NCBI GenBank assembly: GCA_050250895.1 | Contig: JBFWNU010000005.1 | Span: 256,001 to 320,000 of the forward strand | DNA length: 64,000 nt | From: Vulcanimicrobiota bacterium | GTDB lineage: Bacteria > Vulcanimicrobiota > Xenobia > Xenobiales > JADMJV01 | Direction: 5' to 3' | Shown here: positions 36,990-46,488 of the stretch, in pieces | How the letters are laid out: each line of letters opens with the position of its first letter | How positions within the stretch are numbered: position 1 is the stretch's first letter | Translations under genes and position numbers: made by a program | The notes under the pieces: generated by a model | The model's database searches: none | What the model saw: the letters and a program-made list of their open reading frames with translations, nothing else | What the model was told of the DNA's origin: nothing

Positions 36990-38741
36990 GTGGTCGAAAC
37001 AAGCGCACAAGCCCTGCATCCCAGGATTCGACTGGGCGGCTACTGGCTGGAACGGGTGTTGGGTCGAGGCGGCATGGGCACCGTGTTCCTGGCTCGGAGC
37101 CAGTCCGGTCAACGGTTTGCGGTAAAGCAGATCTCGGATACCACCGACCAGGGCCGATTGCAGTTTCGACGTGAGGCTGAATTGTTGGCCCGCCTGTCGC
37201 ATCCCCATCTGGTCACCTACCATGACTTCATCGAAGTCGAAGAGCGTCAATATCTGGTCATGGACTACGTCGAGGGTCTGACTTTGGCCGAGAAGATGAA
37301 TCTGCGGGATCGCCCCTTTCCGGTGGGGCAAGTGCTGGAGTGGGCACTGCAGTTGTGCCGCCTCCTGGAATACCTTCACGGCCAGAACCCGCCTGTGCTC
37401 TACCGCGACCTCAAGCCGGCCAACATCATGGTCGACGCTCAGGACCGCCTGACCCTGATCGACCTCGGCCTGGCTCGCAGCTTCACTCCCGATACTCCCA
37501 CCGAGCCCTTTCTGCGAGGAGTCGGCTCACAGGGTTACGCGCCTCTCGAGCAATACTCGGGTTCGGGCGGGACCGACCCTCGCTCGGATCTTTACTCGCT
37601 GGGAGCGACGCTCTATCACCTCTTGACGGGACAGGCCCCACCCGATCCTATCGAGGTCCTGGCCCTGCGCCGCAAACGTGTGCCTTTGCGCGACTGGAAT
37701 CCGCTGGTGCCTCTCTGGCTCGAGCCGGTCATCGACCGCTTGCTGGCCATCCAGCCTGGCGAACGCTATGAATCGGCCCAGGCGGTGGGCCAGGCCCTGG
37801 CGCGCCTGGCTGATCGTCTCACCGAAATGGAGCGCGCCACCGAGCTTTTGCCCGAGCATCCGCCCGCTCCCCGGCGTCGCCCGCGCGCGTTGGTGGCCGG
37901 ACTGGTGGCGGTGAGCCTGCTGGTGGGAGCCGGCCTCTCTCCGAACCCGCAGTTATCGGTGCCCAGCACGTCCTCGCTCCCCTTCGTTTCGCAACTAGCC
38001 GCCGCCGTTCCCTCGTTCGAGATGCCCCGGCTACCCCATCCTTTGCCAGAGTTGTCGGTGTTCCGCTCGAACCGTGCCAGACCAGCCGAACCGGTCGAGG
38101 TTAAGCTGGAGCCGGCTCAGCCGGCGGCCGTGGCCGTCGAGTCGGTGACCCCCGAGCCCTTACCCACACCTGGCTATCCCCGGTCCACCCGTCGGGCCCT
38201 TCAGCCCCGGGCGGACCGGCCCCAGGCGGTCGCGCCCGTCATCGCGGCGGTGCTTCCCCAGGCTCCCAAAGAGCAGCCGAAGCCTCAACCTGGCGCCCCT
38301 CTGCCTCCGCCTCCGCAAAAGCCTCCCCAGGTGGTGACCGTCACGGTGCCGGTCACCCTGCCAATCACCAACCCGGGCCAGTCGGGGCCGATCACTACGC
38401 CGGGCAACTCGGGGCCCATCAAGGCCGCCAGCGCTACCACCGTCTCGGTGGCCAGCCAGCCCGACCCGACCACGCCGGTAGCGGTTACCACCACCAGCGA
38501 CAATCAACCAGCGAACAGCGAGAGCCAGCCCAATCAGACCGCGGCCAGCCCGGGCGAAAGTGAGCCAGCGCCAGGCTCTCAGGCCGAGGGTGGCAAGGGG
38601 CAAAGTGACAACCCGCCCCAGAACAACAAGCAGGGCAACCCGAACAGTGGCGGGGGGCAGGGCAATAACGCGGGCGAGGGCCAGAACAACAATGGCGGAG
38701 GGGGTCAGCCTCCTCGTGGTGGGGGTGGGCGCAGCCGCTAG
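36990..38741 (+). CDS. Hanks-type Ser/Thr kinase with TM helix and Pro/Gln/Asn-rich tail
   Basis: GRGGMG, AVK, YRDLKPAN, DLG, APLE and SDLYSLG. Confidence 0.92.
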   Translation: MVETSAQALHPRIRLGGYWLERVLGRGGMGTVFLARSQSGQRFAVKQISDTTDQGRLQFRREAELLARLSHPHLVTYHDFIEVEERQYLVMDYVEGLTLAEKMNLRDRPFPVGQVLEWALQLCRLLEYLHGQNPPVLYRDLKPANIMVDAQDRLTLIDLGLARSFTPDTPTEPFLRGVGSQGYAPLEQYSGSGGTDPRSDLYSLGATLYHLLTGQAPPDPIEVLALRRKRVPLRDWNPLVPLWLEPVIDRLLAIQPGERYESAQAVGQALARLADRLTEMERATELLPEHPPAPRRRPRALVAGLVAVSLLVGAGLSPNPQLSVPSTSSLPFVSQLAAAVPSFEMPRLPHPLPELSVFRSNRARPAEPVEVKLEPAQPAAVAVESVTPEPLPTPGYPRSTRRALQPRADRPQAVAPVIAAVLPQAPKEQPKPQPGAPLPPPPQKPPQVVTVTVPVTLPITNPGQSGPITTPGNSGPIKAASATTVSVASQPDPTTPVAVTTTSDNQPANSESQPNQTAASPGESEPAPGSQAEGGKGQSDNPPQNNKQGNPNSGGGQGNNAGEGQNNNGGGGQPPRGGGGRSR

Positions 38742-39547
38742 AGGCCTTGCTGATTGAGCTGGGTGTAGGCCTCTTCGAGTTGCACGACCAGCGCCTGCAA
38801 CGGCTCGACATGGCGACGCTGGTCGACAGGCAGGTAGTATTGGGGCTCAGCTTGCATCCAGGCGTCGCGGGCCGCGAAGACCTCTTCGAACCGGTTCCTG
38901 GGATTGCTGATGCCCTCTTCGAGTGCCACCCGCAGGTTGCGGCTGCTTTCGACCAGACCCAGCAAGGTCTGGCGCACAGCCGCGTCGCGCCCATCGGGGC
39001 GCATCGGTTGGTTGCGCAGGTTGTTCCAGATCGAAGCCGTCTGCTGCTCGACCACCCGGGCCAGATTGAGGATCCCTTCGGGAGTGTAGACCTGCGAGGG
39101 CGGCCGGTGGATTTGGGTATTGGGGCGAGCCGCCGCCGTTGGCAGAGCCACTCCTGAGAAATTGGACCACTGCTCGAGAATCTCTTGGTGCGCCTGATCG
39201 ATCGCGGCCGGCGTAACCTTCGGTATGGTGTAGAGCGCACGTTGAGGTTGGCCCTGGGCATCGAGTTGCACCAGGGCGACGGCCACCAGATCGGTCTTGC
39301 GAATACCGAGCATTCTCTGACAGAATTCGGCTTCGCGAGGGCGGTCGAAGTGCATCGTGCCCATCTGCAACTGGGTCAGGCCCGCCTCGCCGCGGAGCTG
39401 GTTGAGCCGTTCGACAACCCCCTGTTCGGCCGGAGCGATCTGGTCGCCGGAGGGGCCGATGATCAGGACCAGGAGCTTGTCGGGCGCGGTCTGGGCCGCG
39501 GCCGGCAGGAGGAGCAACAGGCTAAGTATCAGGATCAGTTTCTTCAT
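38738..39547 (-). CDS. Secreted hypothetical protein
   Basis: Signal peptide MKKLILILSLLLLLPAAA-Q; ATGA overlap with upstream gene. Confidence 0.75.
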   Translation of the reverse strand: MKKLILILSLLLLLPAAAQTAPDKLLVLIIGPSGDQIAPAEQGVVERLNQLRGEAGLTQLQMGTMHFDRPREAEFCQRMLGIRKTDLVAVALVQLDAQGQPQRALYTIPKVTPAAIDQAHQEILEQWSNFSGVALPTAAARPNTQIHRPPSQVYTPEGILNLARVVEQQTASIWNNLRNQPMRPDGRDAAVRQTLLGLVESSRNLRVALEEGISNPRNRFEEVFAARDAWMQAEPQYYLPVDQRRHVEPLQALVVQLEEAYTQLNQQGL

Positions 39548-40275
39548 GAGTTCGGTATAGGAGTAAACAACGGTCGGGGGGCTGGAGTTGCGCGCGGTGG
39601 GGGCGGAACCGGTGAAGGTCGCACCACCGGCGGCGGAGCCGGCCGGGGATAGGTTCTGGGCGCGGGTGGCGGCGTCCAACTGGGTCGATAGGGAGCGGGC
39701 GCGGGCGCGGGCGGCCGCGGCACAGGACGTGGCGGCTCGAACACCGGCGGAGGCGCCGGCTGGTAGATCGGGATGGCCTCGGGCTCGAAGCGCACCGTCA
39801 CTTTTTGGCCGGGCCGCAGGTCGACCGACTTCACCACCGGTAGATAGCCTTCGGCCGTCAGAACCAGCGGATGCCGTCCGGGAACCAGCTCGAGTCGCTG
39901 GGGAGACTTCCATTCTTGCTCGCCTGACTTGACCGTGTACACTTCGGGCCCGTCGACCTCGAGCTTGACCTGGCTCTTGAGTGGTTCGAGCATCTCGACC
40001 AGCAACCTGGCTTCGGGCCCGGCCTCGAGACGGGCGGGCGCAAAACCCTCTTTGGCCACCTCGACCGAAGCACCCGACTCGGGAAGGCTGAGCTTGCCTT
40101 CGGCGCTGGGGCCACCCTGGATCTCGAGGCGAGCGTCGGAAGGGTAGGCTCGCGCCTCGGCCGGAGCGGGGGGCAGACCCCGCTCGACCGACCACAGCCA
40201 AAGGGTCCAGGCCAGCAGGGCCAGGCTGGCCAAACTGGCCAGGGCCAGGGGCAGATGGCGCCGGTAGGGTCTCAT
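39544..40275 (-). CDS. PEGA-like domain membrane protein with Pro-rich tail
   Basis: N-terminal TM helix; SPQRLELVPGRHPLVLTAEGY PEGA-like pattern. Confidence 0.7.
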   Translation of the reverse strand: MRPYRRHLPLALASLASLALLAWTLWLWSVERGLPPAPAEARAYPSDARLEIQGGPSAEGKLSLPESGASVEVAKEGFAPARLEAGPEARLLVEMLEPLKSQVKLEVDGPEVYTVKSGEQEWKSPQRLELVPGRHPLVLTAEGYLPVVKSVDLRPGQKVTVRFEPEAIPIYQPAPPPVFEPPRPVPRPPAPAPAPYRPSWTPPPAPRTYPRPAPPPVVRPSPVPPPPRATPAPRPLFTPIPNS

Positions 40276-40315
40276 TGGAAAGAAAATTCAAGCTCGGCCA
40301 GGCACAGTCCTGGGA

Positions 40316-40969
40316 GTGACCGAATTGGTCTGGGTGGCTCGCGACTGGATCTTAGGGGGATTGGTGCTGGTCCTGGTGGTCGGCACCTATCTGGCCCTCT
40401 CGCGCCAGGTCGATGAAGTGCCCGACCGCCGTCAGGCAGACGCCTGGCTGCTGGGACGCTCGGAAGGCGTTGAAGGCGGTCGACGACTGTACCTGCGCGG
40501 CCAGTTTGTGGATTGTCTCAGAGGCTCGCCCCCCCAAGACCTGCGGCAACTCGCCGAGGACGCCTGGCTGGTCGAGTGCGACTGGCCGGCCCGGGTTGAG
40601 GCCCACCTGCGACGGGATCTCGACAGCGACGGAGAAAGTGACCTGATCAAGCTGGTGGCCGACGGTGACAAGCGCCATTTCGTGGTGCTGCGCTCGAGCG
40701 ACTGGAGTCAACTCGAGCCGATCTGGCTCGATCCCCGTGGCAAACCGCTCGACCAGGCGCCCGACCTCGAGGGGGCCGAACTCGAGGCCACCAACCTCAC
40801 CGGCGCCAAGGACTTCGTGGTCAAGACCGAAAGGGGCTGGGCCGTGGGCCGCCAGCAAGACGAGCGGCTTCAGCTCTTCTGGCTAAAAGGCGAGCTCAAC
40901 CTCAAAGACGGCAAACTGTCTCGTGACGGTGAGGAGCTTCGCTGGCAGAACGGCGCCTTCAGCGACTGA
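40316..40969 (+). CDS. Membrane-anchored hypothetical protein
   Basis: N-terminal TM helix; DLDSDGESD Ca-binding-like loop. Confidence 0.65.
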   Translation: MTELVWVARDWILGGLVLVLVVGTYLALSRQVDEVPDRRQADAWLLGRSEGVEGGRRLYLRGQFVDCLRGSPPQDLRQLAEDAWLVECDWPARVEAHLRRDLDSDGESDLIKLVADGDKRHFVVLRSSDWSQLEPIWLDPRGKPLDQAPDLEGAELEATNLTGAKDFVVKTERGWAVGRQQDERLQLFWLKGELNLKDGKLSRDGEELRWQNGAFSD

Positions 40970-41057
40970 CCCGCGGGCGGCGAGGGCGGCGGCCGGGCGC
41001 ACCATTGGGCCGACCGGGCCGGGAAGGACGGCCTCGGCCCGAGACGAAGCCCGATCC

Positions 41058-42359
41058 ATGCTGACCGCCGATGAAATGATGGGCAAAGGTATCCGCTTTC
41101 TGCGGGTCCTCTGGTGCGACAACGCCAACGTGATGCGAGCCAAGGCTGTTCATATAGCCAGCTTGCGCGACGGGTTGGCCCACGGAGTGGGTATCTCCGC
41201 GGCCCAACAGGCGGTCCCGGTGACGGTGGACGCCTTCGAGGCCTCCTCGGGGCTGGGGCCGGTGGGCGAGATTCGCCTGCTGCCGGTGTGGGAGACCTAT
41301 CGCACCTTGCCGTACGCTCCGGGGCACGCCTGCGTGCTGGGCCGGATGCTGCTCGACGGCCAGCCCTGGCCCCACTGCCCCCGCCACTTTCTCGAGCGTA
41401 TGTTGACTCGGGCTGAGGCGGCGGGCTTGAGTTTTCAAGCTGCCTTCGAGAACGAGTTCTATCTGCTCAGGCCGACCGAAGACGGCTTCGAACCGGCCGA
41501 TCAGAGCCTGTTTTGCGCCGTCTCTTCGATGAACCAGAATCATGAGTTCATCGAGGCTCTGTGCGAGTCTTTGCTGGCCCAGGACATTCCCATCGAGCAG
41601 TACTACCCGGAGTCGGGCTATGGCCAGCAAGAGATCTCGGTCAGTCACGCCGACCCGCTCACGGCCGTGCATCGGCAGCTGGCCTTTCGCGAGACGGTCC
41701 ATGCGATTGCCCGGCGGCAGGGGTACCGGGCAACCTTCGTGCCCAAGCTGTACCCCAATCAGGCCGGCTCTGGCTGTCATCTGCATCTGTCGCTCTGGAG
41801 CGGCCAGCAGAACCTCGGTATCGAGGGCGCCGCAGCCTCGTTTATGGCCGGCCTGCTCGAGCATCTGCCGGCTCTGATGGCGATCACCGCGCCCATTCCG
41901 AACTCGTACCGGCGATTGGGTCCTCACCTCTGGAGCGGGGCCTTCGCCTGCTGGGGCATGGACAATCGCGAGGCGGCCTTGCGGGTACCGAGCAACCCGG
42001 GCGGGATGCCCGAGCAGTTCGAGCTCAAGACCCTCGACGGGGCGGCCAATCCCTATCTGGCCCTGGGGGTCGTGCTGGCGGCCGGCCTCGACGGCGTGGC
42101 CCGCGGGCTGGAGCGCCCGGCCCCGGTCGACATCGACCCCGGTCTCTACAGCCACGAAGAACGACGAGCCCGGGGTATCGCCCGCTTGCCCGACTCGCTG
42201 GCTCGCTCGCTCGAGGCTTTCGAGCAAGATCCTGTCCTGCAAGAGGCGATGGGCCCCGAGCTGACCCGTTCGTTTCTGTCGGTGCGCCGCAAAGAACTCG
42301 CCGACCTGGGCGGTTTGCAACTAGAAGAAGAGGTCCGCATCCTGATGGACCGCTACTGA
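41058..42359 (+). CDS. Glutamine synthetase-like gamma-glutamyl ligase (FluG C-terminal type)
   Basis: FENEF, ESGYGQQE, GSGCHLHLS, NSYRR, WGMDNRE and ANPY. Confidence 0.9.
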   Translation: MLTADEMMGKGIRFLRVLWCDNANVMRAKAVHIASLRDGLAHGVGISAAQQAVPVTVDAFEASSGLGPVGEIRLLPVWETYRTLPYAPGHACVLGRMLLDGQPWPHCPRHFLERMLTRAEAAGLSFQAAFENEFYLLRPTEDGFEPADQSLFCAVSSMNQNHEFIEALCESLLAQDIPIEQYYPESGYGQQEISVSHADPLTAVHRQLAFRETVHAIARRQGYRATFVPKLYPNQAGSGCHLHLSLWSGQQNLGIEGAAASFMAGLLEHLPALMAITAPIPNSYRRLGPHLWSGAFACWGMDNREAALRVPSNPGGMPEQFELKTLDGAANPYLALGVVLAAGLDGVARGLERPAPVDIDPGLYSHEERRARGIARLPDSLARSLEAFEQDPVLQEAMGPELTRSFLSVRRKELADLGGLQLEEEVRILMDRY

Positions 42360-43492
42360 TGAGTCTTTTCGACGATCTGGCCGAGCTGCGCCTGGTCGAC
42401 CAGCATGCCCACAACCTGTTGCTCTGGGAAGAGTCGCTTCGACTGCCTTACAGCGCTGCCTTCACCGAGGGTTGCGACCCGACGCTCCAGGCCGGCCAGG
42501 CCCGCTCTACCCTGTTCTTTCAACGCAGCCTGGTCGAGATGGCCGAGCTGCTCGACTGTTCGCCCGACCAGGTCGAAGAACAGCGACGCCAGCTGGGCCT
42601 CGAAGTCCTGGCCGGCCGATGCTTTGAGGCGGCCGCCCTCGACTGGCTGCTGCTCGACGACGGTCTCACTCCCGGCCTGGTTCACCCCCTCGAATGGCAT
42701 GAGCAGTTCGTAGCGACCCGGCGGGTGGCACGGGTGGAGTGGATGGCCGAGCAGTTGCTGGCCGAGGCCACCGACTTTGCCGCCTTTCGCCATTCTTTGC
42801 GTCATCAGCTCGAGACGGTCGAGGCGGTGGGCTTCAAGAGCATCGCCGCCTATCGGGGAGGCCTGGCCCTGGTGGCCCCCAGCCGCGACGAGGCCGAAGC
42901 GCAGTTCTCGCTGGTGCGGGGCACCAGCCGTCTGGCCCACCGCCCTTTTCTCGACTATGTAGTCGAGCAAGCGCTCGAGGTAGCGGCCCAGCGCGGCCTG
43001 CCGGTCCAGTTTCATACCGGGTTCGGCGATCCCGATCTCGACCTGGCCCGCTCGGACCCAACCTGGTTACGTGACGCCATCGAGCGCCACCCCAACACGG
43101 TCTTTGTGCTGCTGCACGCTGGCTATCCTTATCATCGGCAGGCCGGCTTTCTGGCCTCGGTTTATCCCAACGTGGTGGTCGATTTCGGCCTGGCTGTACC
43201 CTTCCTCTCGGTGGCCGGCATGCGCGAGGTGCTGAGCGGGCTGCTGGAGTTGGCCCCGGTCACGCGGGTGGTCTATTCCTCCGACGCCAGTCGCATCCCC
43301 GACCTGTTCTATCTTGGCGCCCGCTGGGGACGGCGCATGCTGGCCGAGGTGCTCGAGCAGTCGGTCACCGATGGCGACCTGACTGCCGTCCAGGCCGAAT
43401 CGGCCGCTCGAGCCATCTTGCGCGACAACGCCCTGGCCCTTTACCGGCTAGAAGAGGGGAGCCGGCCTGCGGCCGGAGAGGGGAGCCCCTAG
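42359..43492 (+). CDS. Amidohydrolase_2 family protein (FluG N-terminal type)
   Basis: TGATG overlap with the GS gene; DQHAH, FKSIAAYRGGL, QFHTGFGD, LLHAGYP and YSSDA. Confidence 0.9.
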   Translation: MSLFDDLAELRLVDQHAHNLLLWEESLRLPYSAAFTEGCDPTLQAGQARSTLFFQRSLVEMAELLDCSPDQVEEQRRQLGLEVLAGRCFEAAALDWLLLDDGLTPGLVHPLEWHEQFVATRRVARVEWMAEQLLAEATDFAAFRHSLRHQLETVEAVGFKSIAAYRGGLALVAPSRDEAEAQFSLVRGTSRLAHRPFLDYVVEQALEVAAQRGLPVQFHTGFGDPDLDLARSDPTWLRDAIERHPNTVFVLLHAGYPYHRQAGFLASVYPNVVVDFGLAVPFLSVAGMREVLSGLLELAPVTRVVYSSDASRIPDLFYLGARWGRRMLAEVLEQSVTDGDLTAVQAESAARAILRDNALALYRLEEGSRPAAGEGSP

Positions 43493-43606
43493 CTTCGCCG
43501 GGAGATGGGAGCGGTGGCTGCGCCACCGAGAAGGGAGCGAAGCTCGCTGGCGCTCGCTTCGAGGCGAGGTCGGGTCGAAACGGTCCTCGAGGCGAGGCGT
43601 CGAGGG

Positions 43607-44782
43607 TTAGCCGCGCAGGGCTTGTTCGGCTTTGCCGGGCTCGATGCGGCCGTGGCCCTGGGATTTGGCCCCCCAGCCCCAGATGCGCTCGGCCGTGTCG
43701 ACCAGGGCGCCTTTGAGTTCGTCGGGCGTGGCCTCGGGGTGGGCCTGAGCCAGCAGGGCAGCCACCCCGGCCACCATGGGAGAGGCCATCGAGGTGCCAC
43801 TCATGCGGGTGTAACCACCGCCGGCTTTGGGCGCGGTGATGCCCGCTCCGGGAGCGACCACGTCGGGCTTGGCATACTCGTCGATGGGGGTCGGGCCGCG
43901 GCTTGAGAACCAGGCGATGCCGTCGTCGAACTTCCAGGGAGTATTACTGTCGTTGAGGGCTCCCACCGTCAGGGCCAGCGGGGCGTTGCCGGGGGTACCG
44001 ATGGTGTGGCCGAAGGGGCCCGAATTACCGGCCGCCACCACCGGCAGGATGCCGCCTCTGGCGGCGGCCTGGATGGCGGCCACCAGCGGGTCGTCGTCGG
44101 CCGACTCCGAGACCGAGGCGCCCAGGGACAGGTTCATCACCTTGATGTTGTGCTCGTCTTTGTGCTCCAGGCACCACTGGATGCCCTTGATAATGCCCGA
44201 GATGGTGCCGTAGCCCTGGCCCGAAAGAACCTTGACACCGATCACGTTGGCCTCGGGGGCCACGCCTTGGTAGAAACCCATCGAGCTGACTCCGGTGCCG
44301 CCCACCGTGCCGGAAACGTGGGTGCCGTGGCCGTGGTCGTCGTAGGCCTCGCTACGGCCGTTGATCTCGTCGTGAAAGGCCACGATGCGGCCCTTGAGGT
44401 CGGCATGCTGATCGACGCCGGTATCCAGCACGGCCACTCCTACGCCCTGACCGGTAATGCCGGCCTGGTGCAATTCGCGCACGCCCAACAAGCGGGTGGC
44501 CACGTCAAGATCCAAGCGCGGCAAGCTGGGGTCGACGGGCTCGCCTTTGGCCAGTTCGCCGGTTTCGGGGATCGAGACCACCCGATCGGCCGAGACTTTC
44601 CAACCGCGTTGGGCAGCCCGCTCGAGAAAGGCCTGGTTCTGTTCGACCGGCACCTCGACGAGCTTGGCTCCGATGAGGCTGAGATCTTCGACCGCGGCAA
44701 CTCCCAGGCTCTGGCTATCGAGTTTGTCGACCCGACCGGGGGCAGGTGAAACAATGTAGGGGAGGGTGGCACCGACTTTCAT
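43607..44782 (-). CDS. S8 subtilisin-like serine protease (AprX-like), no signal peptide
   Basis: Catalytic triad motifs VLDTG, HGTH and GTSMASP; AAGNSG. Confidence 0.93.
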   Translation of the reverse strand: MKVGATLPYIVSPAPGRVDKLDSQSLGVAAVEDLSLIGAKLVEVPVEQNQAFLERAAQRGWKVSADRVVSIPETGELAKGEPVDPSLPRLDLDVATRLLGVRELHQAGITGQGVGVAVLDTGVDQHADLKGRIVAFHDEINGRSEAYDDHGHGTHVSGTVGGTGVSSMGFYQGVAPEANVIGVKVLSGQGYGTISGIIKGIQWCLEHKDEHNIKVMNLSLGASVSESADDDPLVAAIQAAARGGILPVVAAGNSGPFGHTIGTPGNAPLALTVGALNDSNTPWKFDDGIAWFSSRGPTPIDEYAKPDVVAPGAGITAPKAGGGYTRMSGTSMASPMVAGVAALLAQAHPEATPDELKGALVDTAERIWGWGAKSQGHGRIEPGKAEQALRG

Positions 44783-44788
44783 GGTCCG

Positions 44789-44831
44789 AAGTTACGCCGG
44801 GCCGCGGCCGGGAAGGTTAGTAAAACGTGAA
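44789..44831 (-). promoter_or_regulatory. TTCACG-N5-CTAACC-N20-TAACTT-N6-ATG (leaderless promoter)
   Basis: Same spacing as the other motif instances. Confidence 0.5.
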
Positions 44832-44955
44832 CATGTGTCGGGCCGAGGGGTGTTAACATCGTGTCAATATCTGCAATAAAATGTTCAAGTCTGGCCGAGA
44901 CGAGGTGAGCCTCGATCGGCCATACTTTTCATTGGGGGAAAAAGATAAAAAACCA

Positions 44956-46488
44956 ATGTCATTCTCAAGCTCAACCAATACAAACGCCAGCATCGCACGT
45001 ACGACACCAGCACCGGTGGCCACCAGCCGGCCGGTCCAGACCACGGCGCCCAGGCCCGCGCCGACACCCTCACCCGCTCCCAGCCCGGCCCCGGTGGTCT
45101 CGAACCAGACCACTCTCTCGGGCGAGGCCCTGCGCTCGGAAGGGGGGCAGAGCCCGAATCTGATGAAGTCGGCTCTGTTTTCAACCTACTCCGAGCCGGT
45201 CAGCGACACCAGCAGCAGTACCAGCGGAACGGGATCGAGCAACACCAACACCAACGGTTCGCTCTCGGGTGAGACCGGCCAGTTGTCTGGCTCGAGCAGC
45301 TCGGGACAGAGTGGTCAACTGAGCGATTCGAGTCGTCTCTCATCCGGTCAGAGCAACCAGACCCTCTCTTCGCAAGACGAGCGTGCCGACTCCGGCAGCA
45401 CGACGCCGGTCGACCGCACCAATAGCAACAGTTCGGGCTCCGTCAGCCAGAATGGTTCCAGCAACTCGACTCAGTCGACCAGCCAGACTGCCACTCAAAA
45501 GACCGAGTTGACTACCGACCCCCTGGGACAGAAGGCTCCGGTCAGCGAGCAGGTCAAAGAGCAGGCTGCTAGCGCGGTGAAAAAGCCCGAGACCGAAACG
45601 GCCAGGAAGCCCCTCGTTCAAGAAGTGGCCAAAGAAGCAAGCCAGGACGAGGCACCAAGGACCGAGACCGGGCCAAAGATCGCTTCCGCCCCGCAGGCCG
45701 AACGCCGGCGCACCTTCGGAGGTCGTCAGAAAGAGCGGCCGGCCAGCCCTCCTCAGAATCGGCCCCGCCCTCCGGCCGAAGAACTGGTCGGCGCCACGCG
45801 GCTCCAGAACGAATTGCTGGCCTACTTCAGGCCGGGGCAGATTCACCAGTCCACGGCGATCTCTCGGGTCGACAAGAAGTCCGACGGGTCGCAAGTCATG
45901 GTCCGGGCCGACGGGGTCAAGATCCACCAGGACAAGGACGGCAGCATTCTGTCGGTGCGCTCGTCCAAAGGCAAGAGCATCCAACGCGGCGAGGACGATC
46001 CCACCCGAGCCACCATCCATCAAGAACGAGGAGAACTCTACCAGCGCGAATCCACCGGGGCCTGGGTCGACAGTGAGGGCAACCGCTTGTTCGGTCAACT
46101 CAAAGACGACGAAGGGGTGATTCGCCTCTCCGGCCACTGCGGCAAGGATACCATCGAAGGGCAGCGCAAGGACGGCGTGAGATTTCGCCGCGACAGCTAT
46201 GGCACCGATACCTGGGGCTACGCCGGCGGCGTGCAGGTCCAGCGGGCTACGGGCGGAGACATGTTCACCTATCACGCCGATGGCTCGACCACCCGCACCA
46301 CCTCGGACGGGCGAGGCTATCACCGCAATAACACCGAGGGTCGGGTCAAAGTGCTCGACGCCAACCAGCGCGGCTATGACCAGGACGGAACGCACTTTTA
46401 CACTGTACGCAACGGCGAGGGAATGCTACTCGAACCCAACGGCGAGTCGTATGAACGTCAGTCGGTGCGACCCGACGAGGCCATATAG
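44956..46488 (+). CDS. Hypothetical protein: long S/T/P/Q-rich disordered N-half, C-terminal beta-hairpin (xDG-turn) repeats
   Basis: Open frame; AT-rich upstream region; repeated KSDGS/RADGV/DKDGS/RKDGV/HADGS/TSDGR turns. Confidence 0.7.
   Translation: MSFSSSTNTNASIARTTPAPVATSRPVQTTAPRPAPTPSPAPSPAPVVSNQTTLSGEALRSEGGQSPNLMKSALFSTYSEPVSDTSSSTSGTGSSNTNTNGSLSGETGQLSGSSSSGQSGQLSDSSRLSSGQSNQTLSSQDERADSGSTTPVDRTNSNSSGSVSQNGSSNSTQSTSQTATQKTELTTDPLGQKAPVSEQVKEQAASAVKKPETETARKPLVQEVAKEASQDEAPRTETGPKIASAPQAERRRTFGGRQKERPASPPQNRPRPPAEELVGATRLQNELLAYFRPGQIHQSTAISRVDKKSDGSQVMVRADGVKIHQDKDGSILSVRSSKGKSIQRGEDDPTRATIHQERGELYQRESTGAWVDSEGNRLFGQLKDDEGVIRLSGHCGKDTIEGQRKDGVRFRRDSYGTDTWGYAGGVQVQRATGGDMFTYHADGSTTRTTSDGRGYHRNNTEGRVKVLDANQRGYDQDGTHFYTVRNGEGMLLEPNGESYERQSVRPDEAI

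Noticed and set aside
40959-42320. Long antisense or alternative-frame ORFs (also 3410..4816, 14699..16099, 20965..22320, 34988..36211, 60551..62023)
   Set aside because: Shadow ORFs typical of high-GC coding DNA, overlapping well-supported genes
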